Made by a program: the position numbers and the translations under genes. The notes under the pieces were generated by a model that saw only the letters and a list, made by a program, of their open reading frames with translations, did no database searches and was not told where the DNA came from. From Mobula hypostoma (lineage: Eukaryota), in assembly GCF_963921235.1 (NCBI RefSeq), contig NC_086118.1, forward strand, positions 29,638,001 through 29,702,000: 64,000 bases of DNA. Reading direction: 5' to 3'. This document shows positions 1 through 12,981 of this stretch, one piece after another (within the stretch, counting starts at the first letter, position 1; every line of letters starts with the position of its first letter).

Positions 1-149
1 CTTTTATCATCAGGGAAGGTTTAAACCAAATTAAAAATAGGATGGGACTCAAGAGCAAAGTCAATGAGAAGACAAGAATATGTGCAGCAACCAAAGTGTT
101 AACCTGGCAATCCATATAACCATGCTTATAGTAAAAGGGTAGAGGGTAC

Positions 150-1487
150 CACAGCTTTAAATCATATCTATTTCAATATCGCTTAACAGGCAAGGCAAAC
201 AAGGAGTGGATTGTTTCTAGAGACTGGGATATAGTGACTACAACAAAAACATGAACGAGAAGGGCAGGATGACAGCTCAGTGTTCTTAGATACTGACCCT
301 ATCGGTGTGACAGAGCAACAGGTGGATGGATGGGATGCTGCACTTTTAATAAGGGAGGACATAACAGCAGTGTGTAAGGAGGATATTCTTGAAGTATTAT
401 CTAACAAGGCCAGTTGAGTAGAACTTAGAAAAGTGGCAGCTGGGGAACAAGCTATGGCCCAGTGACCACAATTCTTTCAGTTTTAAGATGGTTGTGAAAT
501 AATGTAGAACAGGTCCCCAGGTTAAAGTCCTGAATTGGAGCAGGGCTAACTTTGGGAACATCAGGCAGGATCTAGCTGGAGTTCAACTGGCTGACTACTT
601 AAAAGTAAAGGAATGGGTAGCAATTTGGGAGGCTTAAAAGGGTCATATATCCCTTTTAAGTTCCAGGCAGCCCAATTCTATTAGAGTGAGGGTAAACATA
701 CAAAGTTCATGGAGCTCTGGCTGACAGGAGATAGAGGCTCTATTAAGGAAAAAGGAAGCATACATCACTTTTAAAGAGCTGGGTACAAATAAATCTCCTG
801 ATGACTGTAAAAAGGTTAAGAGCAAGCTCAAGGGAAATCAGGAAGGCATAAAGAGGATACGAGATGGATTTGTTAGGCAAGATTAAAGGTAATCCCAAGA
901 GAATCTGGTTATTAGTAGCAAAAAAGTTGATGAGGAAGAGACTACATCCTTTTAAAGACAATCTGGGTAGTTTACATGTGCAACTCCAAGAAATGGCTGA
1001 GATTTTCAATTTATTTTTCCTCCTGCATTTACCAAGAATATCATGCATGCCAAAAAATGAGGGAGAAATTCGTGAATCTTGGAGCATATGCATAGAATGA
1101 GGCTTTGATGTGCATTAAACTAGGCAAATCAATGCTAACCAAGTGCATTCCCAGAATTTATGGGAGGCCAAGGAAGAAATTGTGGATGTACCTGTAGAGA
1201 TAACTGCACTATCGTTGGCTACTGGTAAAGTTCTGAGAAACTGAAGGGTGTCTAACATTGTTTGATTGTTCAAGGATAGCAAGGGACAGGCCAGAGAATT
1301 ACTGGCCAGTGAGAATGACTTCAGTTATGAGAAAGTTACTGGAGAGAATTCTGAGAGATAAGATCTACCATCACTTGGACAGTCAAGAGCTAATCAGGAA
1401 TAGTCAACATGGTTTTGTGTGTGGGAGGTCATGTCTGAAGAATCTTTTGGAGTCCTTTGAAGAAGTGAATGTTGTCTATATGGCCTT
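150..1487 (+). mobile_element. Degenerate CR1 LINE ORF2 fragment
   Basis: ORF 1258-1611 ENYWPVRMTSVMRKLLERILRDKIY...SQHGFVCGRSCLKNLLESFEEV; many stops/frameshifts. Confidence 0.85.
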
Positions 1488-3187
1488 CATATTGTATGCC
1501 AAAATTTGTAAAGGCAGCAGTGCAGTGAAAGACAAAAGTTATAAGTTACTAAAAGAAATAGTGCAAAAGAAGAATAGCATGATAGTGTTTGTGGACCACT
1601 TAGAAATGTGATGGCAGAAGGGAAGATGGTGATCCTATAACATTGAGTGTGGATCTTGACGGTGTGTGTGTTGAGTGTGGTACAGGAGCTGTATTATGCT
1701 ACCTCAGTTATAGGTATGAATGCTGTAAAATGCAAGCTGAGTTTACACATGCAGGACTTGTAATCTATGCATTGTGTGATAAACCACACTAACTTAATTT
1801 AACGTATAAGGGAGAAAATTCCGAAGTTTAGGTCCTTGGTAAGTGAAGTGATATGACTAAACAAAAGTTAAAACAAACATCTTTAAGGAATTCAGAAAAA
1901 GGCTGAGGCCATGACAAGATTCAAAATAAGTGGTAACTTCATAAATTAAGGGGTTATTCAAGAGACAATACAAATCAGCTTTAATAACAGAACATAATTT
2001 TGCTATGAGTTAGTAGTACACAGGCAGCCACAGGTAGACCAACTGAAGGTGTCCAAGAGCCTGAGTAGAAAAGCACTGAAGTTGTTATACAAAAGTCTGC
2101 CAATAATTCAGATCTGACTCACAGGCACTGTTTCCTACACTCCTTTTAAATCCAAATAGACAGTGTTCTCTCACCCACTACTACACCATCAAAGATCCTG
2201 TTTCAATGCTACATATAAGCCAGTTGTGAGTTAATTGCAATTTTCATTTGAACTCACTACATTCTGGCCCCAGCTTCATCTAAACTGACATGGTTCAATG
2301 ACAAGTTTATTACACCACTGTGTAACACCTATATCCAAATTATAAAATGATTGAAGCATCAAGAGGAGTAACATCAAACAGTACAGAAATTACAACACAG
2401 AAGTCCCAATGGTGATCCATTATTAGGTGTATACTGTCGTTGATTAAAATGGGTACTTGGATTCTCATTAGCTAAAAACTGTGATACTATGTGTTACCAG
2501 CAGATGGTAAATGTAAATAGGAATGAGCTTATCTCACTACTTGCCTGACTAAAGTTACTGAAAGTAGAGACAAATGGTGTAGAATATTCATGGAATAGTA
2601 ATAGCAACTAAGCTGATGAATTAGGTAAAGCAAAACTCATTTGAGTAAGATAATTCCATCCAGCAGCAGTTAAGACAGCTTTTATCCGATTTCCTTGCCA
2701 CCGGGAAGGATGTCATTTGGCCCATCAAGTCTACATCAGCTATCAGTTCCATTCATCTGCTAATTTCCTTGCAACTTATCCCTTCTCACATGCTCCATCT
2801 ACTGTCCTACCAATAATCTGTAATGTAATCAATCAACTTACAAGCAGTGATCTTTGGTACATGAGAGGAAATCAGAAAGAAAATGCAAACCAACACAGTA
2901 GGAACTGGATGTATTATCACAGGAGCTGTGAGGAAGCAGTATTACCTACTGTGCCATTTATCGGGCATATTTATAGCAGTTGCATCACATTTACTTCTAG
3001 CCTTATGACATACAGTCATATTGACAATCACTTGATCAGGTACTCAACCTGTTTATCATAGTAAATGCTCATGTCTTTTTTTTTACCCTATGATTGGAAC
3101 TCAAATTGCTTGATCCATTCATTTAACTTAATCTATTTTCATTATAATTTACATATACAAATGCTCACATAACTGTTTTATTCTTAC

Positions 3188-3337
3188 CTTTTTTAGTAGT
3201 CTTGGTGCATCCACATCCAATTTACAACGTCTTTCTAAAATATGAACACCCTCATCCTCATTCTTGTACTCACTGGTAATGTCACTTCCAACAAACATTG
3301 GAATTAGAGGACATGTTGGGAATCGTCTTTCATAAGC
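3188..3337 (-). CDS. SEC14L1: SEC14-like protein 1, second coding exon (PRELI/MSF1 domain)
   Basis: 150-bp phase-0 exon, ttttttctag|GCT...AAG|gtaaga. Translates to AYERRFPTCPLIPMFVGSDITSEYKNEDEGVHILERRCKLDVDAPRLLKK, matching the SEC14L1 N-terminus as I recall it (PLIPMFVGSD favours L1 over SEC14L5). Confidence 0.93.
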
Positions 3338-4035
3338 CTAGAAAAAAGTAGTAGTACAGACTTAAAGTTATAGTTAGCAGAGACTTTCAAATATTTGCAC
3401 CATTTAAATTCACTGTAAAACTGAAGTGAGAGTTTGAGAAACCAGCATTATAAATACTAGACTTCAGTTGGACACTGTCACGTTGGGATTAGTTATACAG
3501 GAGGTTGGCAAGTACTTTCACTTTTTTGCAATTCTAGTAAAGCATATGAAGAGAGATTAGATTACATTTTTAGAGACCTTTTCAAAATTAAAAGTATGGC
3601 AGGTCAGCTCAGGCATGAATGTTGTATAGCTTGCAATATGTGGGTATTGCATCACTTTGGCCAGCTTTCAGAACTTCAGCATCAACAAGGCACAACAGTG
3701 CTTATGAGGACTAGGGAATGTGGTTATTGAAAGTTAGACAAATAGCTCCTTTTTAGAGACCGTCTCAGAAAACTAGTGCCACAGACATAACCCAGATAAG
3801 AAAGGAGCACCAATGAAACAGTAGCTCAAGAATCACAATACTGCAGATAGTGCGCAGCATCTCATGTGCCTCAACTGTCATAGTGCAACAGGACAACCTC
3901 TTGGAATAGTTAAGAAAATTATCGAAGAAATCAAGTAGAATTGTAGCACTTTCTACAGCAGATTGCCTGGCACATAAAACATCCACCACACAATAAAGCA
4001 CTTTAAAAAATCACTAACCACTGATTTAACCTAAT

Positions 4036-4312
4036 CACAGTAGTCTAGTGGCTAGCATAACAATTTACAGTGCCAGAGACCAGAGTTCAATTCCTGCTGC
4101 TGCCTGTAAGGAATTTTTACGTTCTCCTGTGACCGCGTGGGTCTCCTCCGGAGGCTCTGGGTTCCTCCCACAGTCCAAAGACGCACCAGTTGGCAGGCTA
4201 ACTGGTCATTGTAAATTGTCACATGATTAGGCTAGGATTAAATTGGGGGATTGCTGGTGGCATGGCCCGTTGGGCTGGAAGGGCTTATTCCATGCTGTAT
4301 GTCAATAAATAA
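4036..4312 (+). mobile_element. tRNA-derived V-SINE
   Basis: A/B-box-like head (tagtctagtgg, gagttcaattcc), V-domain-like gggtctcctccggaggctctgggttcctcccacagtccaaagac, aataa tail. Confidence 0.8.
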
Positions 4313-4699
4313 TCTATTTTCATTATGTTAAGCAAAAACAATCAGAGAATGAATAGGTGACCACCAAGCAGAGGAAAGCAGGCAGCTGGTCTAGATAAAG
4401 CCAAGGTCATGACAATGTGGGAAGCTCAGCACCACAAAGGGGGAGAATGAAGAGTCCATGGAAAATATTAGTAGGAAACTCATTCAAGGGTAGAATTGAA
4501 AAATACTTCTGCAGTCAGACTTAAATCCAGTGTTGTGTGGCAAGGATAATCTGGAATTTATGATCTGGAATGGGAAAGTGGGTGGTGGGTTGGGGGAGAG
4601 GAGGAGAAGCAAAGGACAGGACCTAGCAAAAGTCGATGAGGATCAGCTACTTCCAACAAATGAGAGTCACTGAAGTGGATTAATGAAAGATCATGCCCA

Positions 4700-6300
4700 A
4701 AGAGCCACATGATAAACTGTTTCTCAGGGTAGAAATGTCAAATACTGTCGGCCTTGCATTTAAGATGAAAGGGGAAAACTTTAAGATGTGTGGGTCAAGT
4801 TTTTTTTAAAAACACAGTGACAAGTGCCTGGAATGAACTGCCAGAGGCAGTAGTGGAAAAAGATATGATCATGGTTTTAACAAGGCTTTAGATCAGGGGA
4901 ACCCAACCTGGAATCCATGGACTACTTGCTTAATGGTATTGGTCCATGGCATAAAATAGGTTGGAGTCCCTGCTTAAATGGACACAGGAATATCAGGGAA
5001 TAGACAGATATGGATCATTAGCGGCAGAAGAATTTAGTTAAATTTGGCGTCATATTCAGTGCAGAAGTTGTGGGTTAGTAATGTGGTGCTCCTTGTTCTG
5101 CAAGGGTACAAGTAGATCAAAGTAACCACAGATGCCAAGAATTATCAAGAGCTAGATACAAAAAGCATGTAGCAAGTATAACGAGCACATACAAGATGAG
5201 AGGCCCTTCAAGTAGAGAAAAGAGTGGTGAAAGGAACTTCAAAAAAATAGAAAAATTAGGACAGTAAAGAGGGAGCACAACAAAATATTACCGCCAGACA
5301 AAAATAAATACATCGATCATTTTATAAGTATGTTAAGGACAAGAGGATAACCAGGGCCCCACAGGACACAAAGGGAACCTTTTTTTTAAAATCAGCAGAG
5401 AATGTAGTGAAAACAACCAAGTATTCATTTGAGAGTTGCAGTTTTCAGGGTGGGGGAGGGGGGAAAACAGTGAAATTCTAGAGCATGTTATTAGAAAGAG
5501 GTGATACGTGTTTTTGTAAGTTTAAACATGGATAAATATATTCCCGGCTGCTATTGTAGGCAAAGGAGGAGATTGCTATTACTGAATAAATTGAAGCTCA
5601 AGATTAAATGTACACTTGAAAGAGAGATTAATCTAAGATGGTCAGCATGGCTTTGATAGTGAGACATCCAGTCTAAAAAGTTTCACAGATTTTTTCCAAA
5701 GTAATTAAATGTATCGTAGAAGGCAGTGCAGTTGATGTTGCCTACTTGGGTACCATGAAGGCAACTGACAAAGTCTCACATAGGAGATTGGTCCCTGCAA
5801 TTGAAGTTAATTTGGCTTGATAACAGCACATAGTGTGTCACGATGAAAGTTGTTTTTGTGATTGAACGCATGTGAGCAGTGGGATGGGAGGAATCAGCAC
5901 TGGGACTATTTGTTTGTTATATACATATGCACAAGGTACAATAAACAAGTTATCAGATGACAAAATGTTGTTTCCAGTGTGAATAGGCTTAGGGTGATAT
6001 AAGTGGGCAAAGTAGGAAAACTTATGCCAAGCATAATTCAACAAGTGTGGGGTGATGCACATAGGAGGACTAATAGGTAGAGGACATATACAAACACAGT
6101 ATTGAAGAAGATAGGGACTTTGTGTACAAGTCCAAAGATCCCTGAATGTGGCAGCAATGGTGGTGCCATGTTGAAGGTGGCTTATGGTATACCTGCCTTC
6201 ATTAGCTAGAGTAAATAATATATAAGAGCAGTGTAATGGTATAATTTGGTATAATTACATAGAAAACTGGTGTAACATGTGCTGTTCTCATCACTACAAA
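4700..6300 (+). mobile_element. Degenerate CR1 fragments (with ~80-bp hAT-like MITE at 4894-4972)
   Basis: CR1 3' end and RT motifs (cagcatggcttt = QHGF, gcagttgatgtt = AVDV). MITE has TIRs caggggaacccaacct / aggttggagtccctg. Confidence 0.65.
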
Positions 6301-6548
6301 CCACCTCCAGGTAAAGGGCATTTCATTATTATATACACTTGCAAGAAAAAATTTGTGAACCCTTTGCAATTACCTGGTTTATTGCACTACTAATAAAATG
6401 TGGTCTGCTCTTCATCTAAGTCACAATAACAGACAAGCACAATCTGCCTACATTAGTAACACACAAACAATTGTACTTTTTGTTTCTTTATTGAACACAC
6501 TGCTTAATCATTCACGGTCCAGGATGGAAAAGTATGTGAGCCCTTGTA

Positions 6549-6832
6549 CAGGTCAACCTTTTATAATCCAGCACCATTGGGACCTGAGGAGTGCCAGATT
6601 AGTGACAATGCCATATTACAGAAGGATCACATTAAGCAATAGCTAACTGCCTGATCATACCTTTAAAATATCAAAGGATTCAAAGGTTCATTTAATGTCA
6701 GAGAAATGTATACAAAGAATAAAGCACACCCACTACCAGCACTCAAGCATGAGCTAAGCGACAGCAAAGATAGTCTTGCAGTTACCCCAAAGACTACACT
6801 GCACTCGCAGTTACCGAGGGAATCTCCGTTAA

Positions 6833-6870
<38 letters not shown>

Positions 6871-7272
6871 AGGTCACCATGTTTGATCTGAGGTCATAGG
6901 CAGAAGAGAACGGAACGTCGGCCGGGCGACGCCGGAGGGCAGAGCGCAACTGCTGGCAGGCGGGCAAGAAGGCGGACCGACCCAGTACACACCAGCTCGC
7001 CTGCCAGTGTCGGGCAAGACGGGCAGGTGCCGGGTGGCCGCGCCTCACGCAAATGATATTAATAAATGCAGGAAAACAAGCAGGAATCACCAGTCTGTGC
7101 TTACAAGAGCGCAGCAACACGTGAACAGATCTAGCGCAACCAAAACAATATGCAGCAGATTGGTACGGTGGCCCAGAAAATTTGAAATTACAGTTGTGCA
7201 GAAAATTTCAAATCAGTGCGGATAATCGAAGGAACCAGATTACTGGTAATCAGATTAGTGAAGGTCAACCTG
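6549..7272. mobile_element. Tigger/pogo-like MITE nested in left Tc1 arm
   Basis: Imperfect TIRs caggtcaaccttttataatc / gattagtgaaggtcaacctg with TA on both sides; Tc1 sequence resumes directly after. Confidence 0.75.
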
Positions 7273-9088
7273 TATTTAATAACTGGTAACACTTGCTTTA
7301 GCAACAATATCCTCCATCACACATTTCCTGTAGCTGCTAATCAGACTTGCACAACAGCAAGGAGTAAATTTAGACCATTCCTCCATACAAAACTGTTTCA
7401 GTTCATTAATATTTCTGGGATACCTTGCATGAATAGCCCTCTTCAGGCCATGTCACAGCATCTCAATTGGGTACAGGTCAGGACTTTGACTCGGCTATTT
7501 GAAAACATAAATTTTCTTCTTTTTAAACCATTCTGTTGTTGATTTACTTGTATTTCAGATCAGTGTCTTGTTACATCATCCAACTTCTATTAAGCCTCAG
7601 CTGACGGACCACTACCCTGATATTCTCCTTAAAATGCCTTGATACAATTTTGAATTCATTGTTCCCTCAACGATGGTAAGCTGTTCAGGCCCTAAGGCAG
7701 CAAAGCAGCCCCAAACCTCGATGCTCCTCCCACCATGCTTCACAGTTGGAAGAAGGTTTTGGTGTTGGTGAGCGGTGTCATTTTTTCCTCCAAACATAGC
7801 AGTATACATTTGTCAAAAAGTTCAATTTTTGTCTCATCTGTCCATAGAACATTGACCCAGAATCACTGTGGAACACCCAGGTGGTCTTTTGCACACTTTA
7901 GACATGCAGCAATGTTTTTTTGGAGAGCAGTGGTTTCTTCTGTGGTGTCCTTCCATGAACACAATTCTTGTTCAAGTATTTTTCTTAAATCTTTAACAAC
8001 TAATATCAGTAGAAATGAACAAATTTATCTTGATCTACCACCAACCCAAAGGTTGAAAGTTCATTTATTGTTTCTAAATTTCACTTGCTTTATAATACCA
8101 TGAACTGTAAATTGGCCCTTTAATAAATATTATTTGTGTGATGGTGTACTGTTTCATAATGAAAATAGAGGAAAGTTAATAATTTATTTAACCATTGAGC
8201 TACTTGTAATTTTACCTTAAGTCTCTAACTTAAATTGAGATTGTGAATAATGTTAATATTGCAAAAATAATGTTATTCTAATGTTAAGAAATATTGTTAT
8301 TCCATTGACGTTAATTAACTGTAAAATTAAGAGGTTGAATTTAAAATATTTGCTTTTGAGTAATTTCTTCATTTCTTTTATTTAACTATTTCTGATTAAG
8401 AATGAGGGAAAGCAATGGAATTCTGTGTGCTGAAAATTATCTGTAGAGCCAGTTTTAGCACCAGTTGAATAATCTGCTACTGCTCAGTTCTATGTCAAAA
8501 AAGTTTTAAATTATTTGCTGCCTTTTGATAACTTCTCAGTAATAACCCAATTCTATCATATCCAGAGTCTGAACAGACAAAATGATAACGCGTGTTTTTC
8601 CAATAAATTCACAGCGGTAACTATTTTTTCTTTGCCTAGTTGGACTTGCTCAGTCTGATCGGTTACAATCTGACCTATTATAATCTAGTACATCGGTTTC
8701 TGCAACTTGGAGATTTTTAGTCCTACTTCAGTTAACTAACAGACTCTTTTGAAACTTCAAATATTTTACTTAATCACACCTTATAATCACTCAACCAGCT
8801 AATAGGAATAAAGACAACCTCTTATCTTTTATTGTTTTTGAAGATTCATTTGTACTATTATTATTGCAAAACATAGTGTTGTAACAGTCTTATTTCTGTT
8901 TTAAACAAAGAACACTTCCACTGTGTGAAATTTCGATCATATTTAGAAATACTCTATAAATTAAAATTGTGTATATCATCAGTAGCCATTTATTTCAAAA
9001 AAACTACATTAAGCAACACTGCAGTAATAATCTGGAAAAGTTGAGAACCAGGTCTGAATCTGGAATGTCCTCTCTTGTGTACTAGTAA

Positions 9089-9217
9089 GTTCACCAAAAA
9101 AATGAGGATTGGACTTGCTTTGAGCAGGCAGTAACTTTTGATATCAAATCTTTCTTTGGGTTTTAAAGTATTGTTGAAAAGATAGCAATGCAACAACATG
9201 CCAGCAGTATGAAAAAG
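9089..9217 (+). pseudogene. SEC14L1: Decayed duplicate of a downstream SEC14L1 coding exon, antisense to host gene
   Basis: 129 bp translating to VHQKNEDWTCFEQAVTFDIKSFFGF*SIVEKIAMQQHASSMKK vs recalled SEC14L1 VHPENEDWTCFEQSASLDIKSFFGFESTVEKIAMKQYTSNIKK. TAA at 9164-9166; flanks taa| and |atatgt look like mutated splice sites. Confidence 0.9.
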
Positions 9218-10025
9218 ATATGTGAATTAAAGGCATTTAATGCTGCCTCTATCTTTTACCCTTGGGCCCTGCGTTATGAATGTAGGTATAACCTAGACAT
9301 GATTTAACAGCTTTGATACTTTTTGCCATTTTCTTCATAATTATTTACATTATTTAGTTTTCTGTTGTCTTAACCTTTTAACATCATTGTAAAATACCTA
9401 GAAGCCCCTATCACTTTTAGAAATTATAGTGAAACAATCTAAATTTTTTAGTATAACTACAAGTACAAAGCTTATTTATAGCTGTCCATGTCAATGCTTT
9501 CTCTGTTTTGATTAGTATATTGTTGTTTTATGTAGGTTTGTTAACATGGTTGCACTGTTTGCTTCACTAACATTAATTCTTTATAGTCCGAAGTTGGATG
9601 ATGCAACAAAACAATGATCCAAAGCACAAGAGTAATCAACAGCAGAATAGTTTAAAAAGAAGAAAATTTGTATGTTGAAATGGCCGTCAGAGACCAGACC
9701 TTAACCCAATTGAGATGCTGTGGCATGGCCTGAAGAGGGCTATTCGTGCAAGTTATCTCAGAAATATTGATGAACTGAAACAGTTTTGGTGGAGGAATGG
9801 TCTAAGGTTCCTCCTCGCCGTTGTGCAAGTCTGATCAGCAACTACAGGAAACATTTGGTGGAGGTTATTGAGTTAAAGGTGGTTCTACCAGTTATTAAAT
9901 ACAAAGGTTCACATAATTTTTCCAGCTTAGACTATGAATGGTTAAAGAAAGTATTCAATAAAGATATGACAAGTATAAGTGTTTGTGTGTTATTAGTTCA
10001 GGCAGAACGTGTTTATAGCGGCTTA

Positions 10026-10977
10026 TTGTGCTTGTAAAAAGTATTCACCCCTTGGAAGTTTTCATGTTTTATTGTTTTACAACTTTGAAGCACAGTGGAC
10101 TTAATTTGTCTTTTTTGAAACTGATCAAGAGAAAAGACTCTTTTGTATTAAAGTGAAAACAAATTTCTGAAAATTGGTCTAAATTTATTACAATTATTAA
10201 ATAAAATAATTGGTTGCGTAAATATTTACCCTCTCCAAGTCGGTATTTAGTAGAAGTGCCTTTTGGCAGCAATTACAGCCCTGAATCTACGTGGGCAGGT
10301 CGCTATCATCTTTCCTCATCTGCACACTGCAATTTTTCTCTATTCTTCTTTATAAAACTGTTCAAGCCTTGCAGATTACAGGGGGATCGTGAGTGAACAG
10401 TCTTTTCCATGTCCAACCACAAACTCTCAATTGGATTGAGATCAGGACTCTGACTTGACCTCTTCAGGACATTAACTTTGTTGTTTTTAAGCCATTCCTG
10501 TGTAGCTCTGGCTTTATGCTTGTGGTCATTGACTTGCTGGAGAACAAATCTTTTACCAAGTCACAGTCTGCAAGAGAACTGCATCAGGTTTTCCTCCAGG
10601 ATTTCCCTATATTTTGCTGCAGGGATCCCCACAGCGTGATACAGCCACCACCATGCTTTGCGGTAGGGATGGTTTGTTTTTGATCTGTGATGTTTGGTTT
10701 ATTGCCAAAAAAGCTCAATTTTGGTTTCATCAGACCATCGAACCTTCTTCCAGCTGACTTCAGAGTCTCCCACATGCCTTCTGGCAAACTCTAGCCGAGA
10801 TTTCATGTGAGTTTTTTTTCCCCAACAGTGTCTTTCTCTTGTTTTCAATTTGATATCAGAGCCCTTTTTCTGTTGATCAGGGTTTAAAAAAAGCCAAATT
10901 AAATCCACAGTGATTCAACGTGGTAAAACAATAAAACAAAAACTTTCAAGTGAGGTGAATACTTTTTATAGGCACTG
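10026..10977 (-). mobile_element. Internally deleted Tc1 element (second family) nested in right TIR of the composite
   Basis: TIRs ttgtgcttgtaaaaagtattcacc / ggtgaatactttttataggcactg, TA flanks; remnants WKKVRWSDETKIELF and PTAKHGGGCITLWG. Confidence 0.88.
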
Positions 10978-11409
10978 TAGATAAAGATCAGACCAAATTT
11001 TATGAGTAAATACTGTAGAAAACCAACTAATTGCAAAGGGTTCACAAACTTTTTCATGCAACTGTAAGTCCATAAAGTAACTTTGTTCAAAATGTGGAAA
11101 AGAAAGAAAAATTACTCTCGGGTAACCATAGCGTTATACTATTGTGATGAATGTCATCAAAAGCACACATGACTGAAAATTACAATAAGTGGAGAGGGAG
11201 AAAGGAAACTTCAGTTTATGGGTTCTACAAGTTGGCCATTCTTAACATAGGGTCACATTCTACAGTATAGGAAGGACAGGTTTGCACTGAGAGTGCACTG
11301 GGAATGCAAAGGAGTGTAGTTTGGAATAGTCTTTCAAATATAAGGAAAGACAGGATTATCTGGGTTTAACTTTCTTGGAGCACAGGCAGGTGAGAGATAT
11401 GACCTGATT

Positions 11410-11552
11410 TGAGGGAGGGAACGTCGACACAGACCATGAGAGGCCTGCGTCAGACATTTTCATGCCTTACAAGGCACAGATTGGAAGTCTGTGTGGGGCG
11501 CCACTCCACGCACAGACACCAGAGCAATGTGTGGTTAAGTGCCTTGCTCAAG
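11410..11552 (-). mobile_element. 5'-truncated SINE inserted into a CR1 remnant
   Basis: 9-bp TSD gacctgatt (11401-11409, 11553-11561); CORE-like ccttgagcaaggcacttaacc on minus strand. Confidence 0.65.
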
Positions 11553-12252
11553 GACCTGATTAGAACTATCCCAAAATTACTAAAATACCTAAGTGGGCAG
11601 ATGGTAGGAAATTCTCCTGATTATATCCATACTTAAATAATCAATCTACTTCTCTTTTGAATATTACTATTTAATTTATAGCAGTACCCTTTCACAGCGC
11701 ATTTTTAGTTCATAACAGCCATTAGCACAATACTTCACCTGCCTTATAAAGGTTTGAATTCACTTGCTTTTGCCTTTTATTCCTCTAATGCTGAAGGTCC
11801 TTTCCCTATCCAATAAATTTCTCAATTTGTTTCACCTCACTTCAAAATGTCACATACAAATCTTTGCTAGAGTATCACCGCTAAAATTCAAAATAATTTT
11901 AAATTATCATCTTTTTTTGGTCTGTTTGGCTCAATACATTGCCTACATTGAAAAATTGGACTCAACTCACCCCAATTTGACAACTTTTATACCTTGTGAA
12001 TTTTCATTTTCATTCATTTCACTAATTTGAATACGTCCATTAGACTTTCTATTGGCCTGCTCTAATGAATAGGGACCATCTGGTTTCTTCGATCTCCATA
12101 CATGGCTGAAACCCCTCAGCCTCAATATCATATCAAATTTCTTCCACGCTTTCTCCAGCCCTGGCATAATACGTAAAGCTGTTCCCTAGTTGTAATAATC
12201 TAACTGCATTTTCAACAGTCATTTACTTTTTAATATTCTTCCCTTAGTTATA

Positions 12253-12981
12253 CAGATTGAGTGGCCCGTATCCAAAATGTTTGGGGCTGGAAGTGTTTTG
12301 AATATTATTGGATTTTTTAATACATAATGAGATAGCTTGGGATCACCTGAATATTAGAATCAACTGTTGAACTACAACAAACAATGACAAGTTTTCAATC
12401 TCCACCTATGATGCTGCGTTTTGTTTAAGAGGTTACAGTACTCGGTATTTGTATTTTACTATTATTTTATGTAAAGTACAAAAACAATCAGCATTGTAGA
12501 CTTGTTCTGGCGTTAGATTTTTATCACCAATGCTTTAAAAATGTAACGCTGTTATGTAAGATATAAAAACAATCAGCATCGTAGACTTGTTCTGGTGCTA
12601 GATTTTTGTGATCAGCAGGTGCTTTAAAAATTTAATGTCATGCCTTTTCTTAAATTTCTGCCACCAGCCTGGTGAATATTCACAATTACCTTCGATTTCC
12701 AGTTTGCTGTAATCTTTGCTCGTTTCATGATCTGCATACCATTAAGTTGCATATGTTCACCCTAATGCTGACAAAACACAAGCAAGATCCTCATTTTTCA
12801 CTTTATGCAGTGTTTTTCTATTTTTCATTGACTCTTGCTCAATACATATGTGAGGTCACTTCTCAGAATTGGCTGTGGCCTGGGAAGATTCCCATTTGTG
12901 TCGTCATGTCAATACTTTAAAAAAAAACAGATTTCAGAGGTTTTCAGATTTTGGAATTTTAGATAAAGGGTATTCAACCTA
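12253..12981. mobile_element. Tigger4/Zombi-like non-autonomous element
   Basis: Ends cagattgagtggcccgtatccaaaatgtttgggg / ttttagataaagggtattcaacct resemble Tigger4 TIRs as recalled; internal ~85-bp tandem duplication 12467-12637. Confidence 0.7.

Larger units (their letters stand above)
6336..11064. mobile_element. Composite-like Tc1 structure: two inverted Tc1 3' ends flanking captured DNA
   Basis: Matching TIRs (cacttgcaagaaaaaatttgtgaaccctttgcaatta / taattgcaaagggttcacaaactttttcatgcaactg), each flanked by TA. Transposase remnant on minus 7275-~7987 (PTVKHGGRSIEVWGCFAA) and on plus 9590-~9900 (EEWSKVPPRRCASLISNYRKHL). Confidence 0.85.

Noticed and set aside
1487..2660. Possible highly decayed Gypsy gag/protease remnant (KDKSYKLLKEIV, PITLSVDLDGV)
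   Set aside because: Motifs too weak to call without a profile search.
1..3187. Next SEC14L1 exon (IAGVDYVYF...)
   Set aside because: No matching sequence found by eye; presumably beyond the left edge.
8500..8620. Possible second captured SEC14L1 exon (aatgataacgcgtgtttttccaat resembling NETFSN codons)
   Set aside because: Similarity too short and no consistent reading frame.
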